This document shows positions 57,385 through 64,000 of a stretch of DNA of 64,000 nucleotides, piece after piece; position 1 is the stretch's first letter; the number at the start of each line of letters is the position of its first letter. The notes under the pieces were generated by a model. The model did no database searches. It was not told the DNA's origin and saw only the letters and a list, made by a program, of their open reading frames with translations. The stretch is from Campylobacterota bacterium. Its GTDB lineage: Bacteria; Campylobacterota; Campylobacteria; Campylobacterales; JAADDX01. The position numbers and the translations under genes are program-made. The stretch is taken from the NCBI GenBank assembly GCA_013153685.1, contig JAADDX010000054.1, forward strand, positions 2,842 to 66,841, given 5' to 3'.

Positions 57385-58119
57385 GTGGAGAAGGCGTATA
57401 AACTACTAGCAAAACAAGAGAATATTTCATTTAATCAAGCCAAAAAACTCATCGATAATGGGAGGGTTTTTGCAAATGATAAAAAGATCAAAATTGCTAG
57501 GGCTTTGATGAAAGAGAAAACCAGATTCAAAATCGTTCATCATCAAAAACCACAAAAGATTTTCGAAGACGAGAACATTATCGTAATTAACAAACCGCCT
57601 TACATCACTAGTGAGGAGATAGAAAAACTCTACAAAACCGCTTTGTTACACAGACTTGATAAAGATACAAGCGGGATTTTGGTGTTAGTCAAAAACAAAA
57701 CATTCCAACAAAAAGCAATCAACGCATTCAAAAATCAAACCGTCTACAAAGAATATCTAGCATGGGTAAGTGGAATTGTAAGTGAAGAAGTAGTCATCGA
57801 TACACCACTTAAGATTATCAAATCCAAACATGGGGCTTATGCTAAAATCGATCAAAATGGTGCAAAAGCCATCACTCATGTCTATCCACTCAAAGCATTT
57901 AGACACAAAAGTGAAGTAAGAGTGGTGATTCATACCGGAAAAACTCATCAGATTAGAGCTCATCTAGCATATATCAACCATCCTATTTTAGGTGATGAAA
58001 AATATGGTGGATTAAAAGCCAAAAGATTAATGCTTCATCATCACAAATTCAAGATTTTTGATTATGAATTTACTATCGATCCTCCAGCTGATTTTACGAT
58101 TATGGAGGAGTATAATTGA
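57385..58119 (+). CDS. RluA-family pseudouridine synthase with S4-like N-terminal domain
   Basis: 244 aa with catalytic HRLDKDTSG and GKTHQIRAHL. GTG start. Confidence 0.85.
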   Translation: MEKAYKLLAKQENISFNQAKKLIDNGRVFANDKKIKIARALMKEKTRFKIVHHQKPQKIFEDENIIVINKPPYITSEEIEKLYKTALLHRLDKDTSGILVLVKNKTFQQKAINAFKNQTVYKEYLAWVSGIVSEEVVIDTPLKIIKSKHGAYAKIDQNGAKAITHVYPLKAFRHKSEVRVVIHTGKTHQIRAHLAYINHPILGDEKYGGLKAKRLMLHHHKFKIFDYEFTIDPPADFTIMEEYN

Positions 58120-59738
58120 TCAAACAAGAATCAATACAACAACTAAAATCAATCATTGATATTGTAGATGTTGTTGGGAATTATATCCCACTCAAAAAAC
58201 AAGGTAGCAACTACACCGCTTTATGCCCTTTCCACAGTGAAAAGACCCCCTCTTTTGTCGTAAGTCCATCTAAACAAATCTATCATTGTTTTGGCTGTGG
58301 GGCTAGCGGAGATGGGATTAAGTTTGTGATGGAGATAGAGAAAATCTCTTATCCAGAAGCACTTGAGAAGCTTGCAAACATGTATAATATCAAGTTAGAG
58401 TATACTTCAAATAATGATTATCAAAGTCTAGATATTTTAGACAAACTCAACGGATTTTATATCCAACACCTCACTGCCAATAAAACTGCGTATGAGTATC
58501 TTCGCAAGCGAGGCTTGCATCAAAGCACTATTGAAAAATTTGCACTAGGGTATGCACCATCTTCACAAGAGCAAATAGAATTTTTCAACCAAGTAAACTT
58601 TCCGCTACAAAAAGGGGTAGAACTTGGCGTATTTGCCAAAGGTGATAGAGGCATTTATGCTAGATTAATTGATAGAATCACATTTCCAATCTTCCATAAT
58701 AACAAAATTATCGCATATGGAGGTAGAACTATCTCTAATCATCCAGCAAAATATATCAATTATTCCAATACCAAGCTTTTTAACAAATCCAGAACATTTT
58801 ATGGGCTTAATTTTGCACGAGATAAGATCCTAAAAACCAAGCAAATCATTATTACAGAAGGCTACATGGATGTGATCATGCTACATCAAGCCGGCTTTGA
58901 GAACGTAGTAGCAACCCTTGGGACTGCACTTACTAAAGACCACTTACCAACACTCAACAAACTTCACGCTGACGTGATTATCGCATACGATGGTGATGAT
59001 GCCGGAATAAATGCGGCTATCAAAGCGGCTAGTTTGTTAGCACAAAATAGTTTTGATGGTGGGGTTGTGTTGTTTCAAGAGGGGTATGACCCAGCTGATA
59101 TGATTCAAGAAGGGCGTGATGTTGAGGTATTGTTTCAAAACAAAGAGGCTTTTATCCCATTTGTTATCAAACAAATTATTGCCAAATACGACATATCAAA
59201 TCCCCTACAAAAACAAAAAGCATACGAACAAATCAAACAATTCATCCTCACACTTCCAATCCTCATTCAAGAGAGTGTCGCACGCGATGCGGCACAGTTG
59301 TTGCAAATAGATGCGAAGCTTTTTAGGGTGCGAAAAAACATACCAATTATCAACACTGCCAAAAAAGATATAGCAGAAGCTGCTATTATCAAAACTTTAT
59401 ACCAAAATCCCCACTACATCAAAGAGATTTCCGAATATCTAGACCCACAAGCATTCCATACTCATGCTTACGAGCTAGAATTGTTGTATCAAGAAGACTT
59501 TCAAAATCCCAAATTATTGGATATCATACTTGATGAGAATATAAAAGAGCTAGATTACAAAGAACTAATCAACGCTGTTATTGCGTTGCTTATTAGGTAT
59601 TATCAAAACAAAATAAATCAACTCAAATTTCAAAATATGAATCTTTTTGAAAAATCTCATAAAATCAAAAAATACAGATTTGTGATTGATAAATTAAAAA
59701 AAGGAGAATTGGCTTATGAGAGCGATAGCACTATTTAG
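58116..59738 (+). CDS. dnaG: DNA primase
   Basis: 540 aa with zinc ribbon CPFHSEKTPSFVVSPSKQIYHCFGCGASGD and TOPRIM motifs EGYMDV and DGDDAG. TTG start. Confidence 0.95.
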   Translation: MIKQESIQQLKSIIDIVDVVGNYIPLKKQGSNYTALCPFHSEKTPSFVVSPSKQIYHCFGCGASGDGIKFVMEIEKISYPEALEKLANMYNIKLEYTSNNDYQSLDILDKLNGFYIQHLTANKTAYEYLRKRGLHQSTIEKFALGYAPSSQEQIEFFNQVNFPLQKGVELGVFAKGDRGIYARLIDRITFPIFHNNKIIAYGGRTISNHPAKYINYSNTKLFNKSRTFYGLNFARDKILKTKQIIITEGYMDVIMLHQAGFENVVATLGTALTKDHLPTLNKLHADVIIAYDGDDAGINAAIKAASLLAQNSFDGGVVLFQEGYDPADMIQEGRDVEVLFQNKEAFIPFVIKQIIAKYDISNPLQKQKAYEQIKQFILTLPILIQESVARDAAQLLQIDAKLFRVRKNIPIINTAKKDIAEAAIIKTLYQNPHYIKEISEYLDPQAFHTHAYELELLYQEDFQNPKLLDIILDENIKELDYKELINAVIALLIRYYQNKINQLKFQNMNLFEKSHKIKKYRFVIDKLKKGELAYESDSTI

Positions 59739-60669
59739 TGGTGGGCTTGATAGCTGTTTGGCAATCAAAATCATTCAGGAGATGGGAATTGAAGTAATAG
59801 CACTGCATATTAATACCGGTTTTGATAGTAATTTTGAGAAATTTGAATATCTCAAACATATAGCAGAACAACTAGGAGTGGAATTTTGTTTGATTGATCA
59901 TAGAAAATATTTTATTGAAAATATATTATTTTCACCAAAATACGGATATGGTAAAAACTTCAATCCTTGCATCGACTGCCATGCTAATATGATTAATACA
60001 GCACTTGAATATATGCACCAAGTAAACGCCAAGTTTATCATCTCTGGAGAGGTGCTCAATCAACGCCCAATGAGTCAAAAACTCGATGGACTTAGAAAAA
60101 TCGAAAAACTCTCCAAACAACCACAACTCGTCCTAAGACCGCTTAGTGCCAAATTGCTACCACCAACAATTGCAGAGGAGAATGGATGGGTAGATAGAGA
60201 GAAACTATATGCAATTAGCGGTAGAGATAGGAAAACACAACTCTTACTAGCCCAAAAATACTCTCTTACCGATTTCCAAGCACCAGCTGGCGGGTGTTTA
60301 TTGACTGATAAAAATTTTAGCTTAAAATTAAAAAGCTTCATACAATACAACAAATTAGAAGTAGAAGATATAGATATATTAAAAGTCGGTAGACATTTTG
60401 TAATCGATAATCACACTCTTATCATAGCACGCAACAAAGACGAAAATCAAATCCTCAAACAATACAACAATCCCAAATTCCTCAAAATATTTCCTATCAA
60501 CATCAAAGGACCAGTGGGCTTGATAAGCAAAGATGGGGATTATGAGATGGCCGCTAAGATTTTGTTGAGTTATACAAAAGCTAAAGAGGGGTATGTTAAG
60601 ATAGATAAAGAATACTTTGTTGAGGCACTTGAAGATAGAAGCCAAGCACAACAATATCTGGTATACTAG
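59716..60669 (+). CDS. PP-loop ATPase, tRNA-thiolation-enzyme-like (exact family not resolved)
   Basis: 317 aa with PP-loop ALFSGGLDS, NPCIDCH and GEVLNQRPMSQ. 23-nt overlap with dnaG. Confidence 0.6.
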   Translation: MRAIALFSGGLDSCLAIKIIQEMGIEVIALHINTGFDSNFEKFEYLKHIAEQLGVEFCLIDHRKYFIENILFSPKYGYGKNFNPCIDCHANMINTALEYMHQVNAKFIISGEVLNQRPMSQKLDGLRKIEKLSKQPQLVLRPLSAKLLPPTIAEENGWVDREKLYAISGRDRKTQLLLAQKYSLTDFQAPAGGCLLTDKNFSLKLKSFIQYNKLEVEDIDILKVGRHFVIDNHTLIIARNKDENQILKQYNNPKFLKIFPINIKGPVGLISKDGDYEMAAKILLSYTKAKEGYVKIDKEYFVEALEDRSQAQQYLVY

Positions 60670-60671
60670 GA

Positions 60672-61955
60672 ATGCAAATGAAACAATATATATATCCTTT
60701 AATAATTGCAGCGATTGTATTTGCTCTAGCACATATGTATTTTAATACCACATCATCGTCACTGCTGTCTATTGTGGTATTGATGATTGCATTTTGGATG
60801 AATGAAGCACTGCCACTGGGTGTAGTATCTTTATTTCCTATTATTTTATTTCCGTTATTTCATATCCTTGATCTAAAAGAAGTATCCACCAATTATTCAC
60901 ATCACATTATATTTTTGTTTATAGGGGGATTTTTGATGGCAATTGCGGTAGAGAAGACAAATTTGCATAGAGTATTAGCTAGCAAACTTATCTCCATCTT
61001 TCCACCGAATAAATTGATATTTGCGATGAGTTTTACCTCAGCTTTATTAAGTGCATTTTTATCAAACACTACTACAACTTTATTGCTCTTGCCAATTGCT
61101 CTTTATTTGAGCACTGATGAAAAATTCACCATAAGGCTTGTCTTGGCAATTGCTTATGGTGCAAGCATCGGTGGAATAATCACTCCCATAGGGACACCGC
61201 CAAATTTGATTTTGATGGGATTTTTAGATGATAACAATTTACCGACATTAACATTTGCACAATGGATGCTCAAAACTATCCCACTTGCTGCTATTATGCT
61301 AATAATTGTATCGTTTGTATTGAGTTGGGGGATTAAGGAGATAAAGATTGAAAAACTAGCAAGCTTTACATTAAATTCACAACAAAAAAAGTTGTCGATT
61401 ATTTTGGGATTAATGATTGTTATGCTGTTTGCAAATGCGTTTTTAAAAATCCCCGATGCTATTATTTTGTTATCGTTTGGATTATTGCTATTTATGCCAA
61501 AGTTACAATTTCTTGTATGGGAAGATACTAAAAAAATCCCGTATGAGATAGTGTTTTTATTTGGTGCTGGATTTTCTATCGCCAAAGCTTTTGTAGCTAC
61601 ACATTTGGCAGACAAAATTTCACAAATATTACTCTCTTTTACGCATTCATCTGAATTGTTGTTGTTATTTATCACAGCTACTGTTGTGACTTTTGCTACG
61701 GAAATCACTAGTAATACAGCATTAATATCAATAGCATTACCTATTATTTATGCTATGGGTATTGATAATAATATGCTAATGTTAGCTACTATATGTGCAA
61801 GCTATGCTTTTATGTTGCCAATTGCGACACCCCCAAATGCTATTGCGTTCTCAAGCGGAATTATTAAAATCCAGACAATGGCCAAATATGGATTGTTATT
61901 TAATATTTTAGCAATTATCACTACTACTTTATTTGCGTATTTGGTATGGAAATAG
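60672..61955 (+). CDS. DASS/SLC13-family anion:Na+ symporter (dicarboxylate or sulfate type)
   Basis: 427 aa polytopic protein. The two hallmark hairpin motifs are SNTTTTLLLLPIA and SNTALISIALPII, with PPNLI and PPNAI. Confidence 0.8.
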   Translation: MQMKQYIYPLIIAAIVFALAHMYFNTTSSSLLSIVVLMIAFWMNEALPLGVVSLFPIILFPLFHILDLKEVSTNYSHHIIFLFIGGFLMAIAVEKTNLHRVLASKLISIFPPNKLIFAMSFTSALLSAFLSNTTTTLLLLPIALYLSTDEKFTIRLVLAIAYGASIGGIITPIGTPPNLILMGFLDDNNLPTLTFAQWMLKTIPLAAIMLIIVSFVLSWGIKEIKIEKLASFTLNSQQKKLSIILGLMIVMLFANAFLKIPDAIILLSFGLLLFMPKLQFLVWEDTKKIPYEIVFLFGAGFSIAKAFVATHLADKISQILLSFTHSSELLLLFITATVVTFATEITSNTALISIALPIIYAMGIDNNMLMLATICASYAFMLPIATPPNAIAFSSGIIKIQTMAKYGLLFNILAIITTTLFAYLVWK

Positions 61956-63034
61956 CATTTTTATCGCATTTGGATTTGAATTTATACCGCTTTAGAATGC
62001 CTATTATGCGAAAATTAATACAACTAGGTCATAAAGTATACGCGATTGTTCCTAGCGGTGACGTATCGCATAAATTTGTCGATGAGGGGATTGTGCATGT
62101 GGATTATAATATCGATAGAAGTAGCCTAAATCCATTTAAAGAGTTACAAACAATACATCAATTACGCCATATAGTCCATAAACTCAATCCGGATATTTTA
62201 CATTCTTTCATGCACAAGCCAAACTTATACGCTAATCTTACATTTAGCAAAAATACAATCAATACGATTACCGGTCTTGGGAGTTTTTTTATTTATGACG
62301 ATATCAAATCCACTCTTATTAGAAATATCATTATCCAAGGATACAAATATTCATCCAAACACACCAAAAAAATCGTCCTACAAAATCAAGACGATTATGA
62401 ATATTTCAGCAAAATACTACCATCTCATAAATTAGCTCTTATCAAAAGTAGCGGTATTGACCTACAAGCGTTTCATCCAATTGCTAAAAACACCCAATTA
62501 CTCCGACAACTAGGCATCAAAGATAAAGTGGTAGTATTGATGGTAGGTAGAGTTATCAAGGATAAAGGTGTTAGAGAGTATATACAAGCGGCTAATATGC
62601 TACAAGATAAGGCGGTATTTTTGTATGCCGGCTTTATAGATAAGGGCAACAAAAACCATTTCACACCAAATTGGGGAGCGGTTAGATATTTGGGCTTTAG
62701 AGAGGATATCAAACAGCTTCTTAGCATTAGCGATATCTTCGTGCTACCAAGCTACAAAGAAGGTGTGCCGATGACTTTGCTAGAAGCGGGAGCTATGCAA
62801 AAAGCGATCGTTACTACCAATACATCGGGATGTAAGGATGTAGTGGATGATGGAATAAATGGGTTTTTGGTAGATGTCAAAGATACGCAAACATTAGCCC
62901 ACAAGATAGATATCCTTATTCACAATCCATCACTGCGAGCACGTTTTGGATATAACATTCGACAAAAAATGCAAGAATTTGACATCAATCATGTAGTAGA
63001 ACAATATTTGCAATTATATCGCGATATCACCTAA
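61946..63034 (+). CDS. GT4 family glycosyltransferase
   Basis: 362 aa with a C-terminal EX7E region PSYKEGVPMTLLEAGAMQKAIVTTNTSGCKDVV. 10-nt overlap with the transporter gene. Confidence 0.8.
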   Translation: MEIAFLSHLDLNLYRFRMPIMRKLIQLGHKVYAIVPSGDVSHKFVDEGIVHVDYNIDRSSLNPFKELQTIHQLRHIVHKLNPDILHSFMHKPNLYANLTFSKNTINTITGLGSFFIYDDIKSTLIRNIIIQGYKYSSKHTKKIVLQNQDDYEYFSKILPSHKLALIKSSGIDLQAFHPIAKNTQLLRQLGIKDKVVVLMVGRVIKDKGVREYIQAANMLQDKAVFLYAGFIDKGNKNHFTPNWGAVRYLGFREDIKQLLSISDIFVLPSYKEGVPMTLLEAGAMQKAIVTTNTSGCKDVVDDGINGFLVDVKDTQTLAHKIDILIHNPSLRARFGYNIRQKMQEFDINHVVEQYLQLYRDIT

Positions 63035-63380
63035 TACTACCTCCATTTTATCTTCTCTAAATTTTGCTCAAAGCATCTGTGATATCAGTAGAATACTTAT
63101 CATCTTTGCTAAAAAATTCACAAATACCATCAATTATCCCTCTTTTGTATTTAATTTCATTTTATTCTTTGAGACGATTAAAAAGTTTGTTCGTTTTATT
63201 TTATTTGAAATTTCACTTATAAGAAGCATTAAAAGGTTTGAGCAAACTGGGAAAATATCTTTTTCATCTCTTGCCCTCTTCAAGTACAATGCCCCTAACA
63301 TTAAGCCAAAAAGATTTTTACAAATAATAGGAGAGATAAAAATTAATGATATTGAACCAGAGGAAAGGGATAAAATATAA
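63000..63380 (+). other. Start-less 126-codon open frame (possible gene remnant)
   Basis: Own translation: the frame is open from 63000 to TAA 63378-63380 and contains no ATG, GTG or TTG. It ends ...SLIRSIKRFEQTGKISFSSLALFKYNAPNIKPKRFLQIIGEIKINDIEPEERDKI. An open frame of this length is unlikely by chance in DNA this AT-rich. Confidence 0.25.
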
Positions 63381-63431
63381 ACACCCCTTATTTTTCAAGA
63401 CCGCTTCATCGATTGTGTAATGCATTTTAAT

Positions 63432-63658
63432 TTAGCCTAAGTATTTTTCTAATCTGTCTTGAGAAATTATACCAAATTGGGAAATAATTTCAGCCCAGTT
63501 TGAGACAGATTTTTGCCATTTTAGTGGTGCACTTTTCTTTGTATTTACTCACTTTTTTGGGTGTATTTACCATTGCAGACAACATTATCCCATAACGAAA
63601 TAATATCTCACTACTTCTTAATACTATAAATCAAATTTGTATGCTTTACTGAGAATTT
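63432..63658 (-). pseudogene. IS256-family (mutator-type) transposase C-terminal remnant, frame-disrupted
   Basis: Own minus-strand translation gives KKSAPLKWQKSVSNWAEIISQFGIISQDRLEKYLG* (63432-63539). This matches the conserved C-terminal KKWT...W......L.I.F..R pattern of IS256-type transposases (from memory). Upstream, in other frames with stops, HTNLIYSIKK resembles the TTNxIESxNR motif. No intact ORF or inverted repeats were identified. Confidence 0.4.
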
Positions 63659-63683
63659 AGGAGATGAAGATACAAAAGGTAAT

Positions 63684-63699
63684 ATCCCCAAGAGGGGAT
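63684..63699 (-). terminator. Hairpin downstream of icd (candidate intrinsic terminator)
   Basis: ATCCCC-aaga-GGGGAT lies 8 nt after the icd stop. On the minus strand it is followed by attaccTTTTg. Confidence 0.45.
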
Positions 63700-63706
63700 G
63701 GGGGCA

Positions 63707-64000
63707 TTAGATTTTATCGATGATTTTGTTTAGAGTCTCACTTGGTCTCATAGCTTTGCTTGCTTTTTGATCATCTGGTCTATAATATCCACCAATATCT
63801 GCTGGTTTACCTTCTACTGCCATTAACTCTTCCATGATTTTATCTTCAAAATCTTTAAGCTCTTTTGCTACTGGTGTGAAAATTTCCGCTAATTCTTTAT
63901 TTTCATCTTGATTTGCAAGAGCTTCTGCAAGATACATAGCCCAATAATAATGACTTGCTTTATTATCCGGTTGTCCCGCTTTTCTACCTGGAACTTTGTT
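63707..64000 (-). CDS. icd: Monomeric-type NADP isocitrate dehydrogenase, C-terminal end only (the gene continues beyond the window)
   Basis: The frame is open to the window edge: ...NKVPGRKAGQPDNKASHYYWAMYLAEALANQDENKELAEIFTPVAKEL...GKPADIGGYYRPDDQKASKAMRPS. This matches the C-terminus of ~740 aa monomeric IDH enzymes. Confidence 0.85.
   Translation of the reverse strand, partial: NKVPGRKAGQPDNKASHYYWAMYLAEALANQDENKELAEIFTPVAKELKDFEDKIMEELMAVEGKPADIGGYYRPDDQKASKAMRPSETLNKIIDKI

Noticed and set aside
63134-63301. A minus-strand 55-aa ORF (MLGALYLKRARDEKDIFPVCSNLL...) inside the scar region.
   Set aside because: It has no SD and lies antisense to the longer start-less plus-strand frame. There is no recognisable family, so it is most likely fortuitous.
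1-64000. Many 60-190 aa ORFs antisense to, or out of frame within, confident genes. Examples: 1126-1479, 7273-7713, 13187-13543, 15544-15978, 34621-35016, 45361-45633, 54549-54899, 61154-61708, 11536-11739.
   Set aside because: They are shadow ORFs typical of biased coding DNA, with odd compositions (Cys, Ser, Ile, Phe or Leu rich). They have no SD, and each is fully covered by a gene with clear family motifs.
1-64000. Search by eye for tRNA, rRNA, tmRNA, CRISPR repeats, integrase or att sites, toxin-antitoxin pairs and known defence gene signatures.
   Set aside because: None was found. Intergenic spaces are under 170 bp, except 63035-63706, which holds transposase debris. I could not run covariance-model or HMM scans, so small RNAs cannot be excluded.

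Overview
The window is visibly AT-rich (GC not computed) and very gene-dense. It looks like a chromosomal segment of a Campylobacterota (epsilonproteobacterium-like) genome. Supporting signs are a futalosine-type mqn gene, a PglC-like phosphoglycosyl transferase, a monomeric-type icd, rpsF-ssb-rpsR, the LPS genes lpxB/hldD/gmd, and recurrent extended -10 promoters (TGnTATAAT). I call about 66 protein-coding genes, two of them truncated by the window edges. Several starts were moved relative to the ORF track. I also call one IS256-like transposase remnant and a few promoters, hairpins and coding tandem repeats. I saw no tRNA, rRNA, CRISPR array, intact mobile element or recognisable defence system. 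Most of the content is housekeeping: glycolysis, polyamine synthesis, translation, LPS, haem, shikimate and menaquinone, replication and repair.

The least ordinary feature is a complex I-type operon, nuoA-B-CD-H-I-J-K-L-M-N at 35.7-45.1 kb, that lacks NuoE/F/G entirely. Its NuoD-like half has hydrogenase/Mbx-like signatures. Its NuoI carries a repeat-encoded Lys/Ala/Glu C-terminal tail that may dock an electron donor.

Other items worth a second look:
- a (nor)spermidine operon with an embedded c-type cytochrome, ending in a translationally coupled Cache-GGDEF sensor
- a cytochrome c peroxidase / degenerate-GGDEF-EAL / orphan TRAP DctM operon
- a single-polypeptide fusion of two normally separate uncharacterised families (TIGR03546-like plus TIGR03545/AsmA-like)
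- an orphan ParA-like ATPase with a small acidic partner
- tandem FapA/DUF342 paralogues coupled to ruvA
- a signal-less DUF4214/RTX-like protein
- a decayed accessory scar next to icd

All family assignments rest on motif recognition by eye and need HMM or structure searches.
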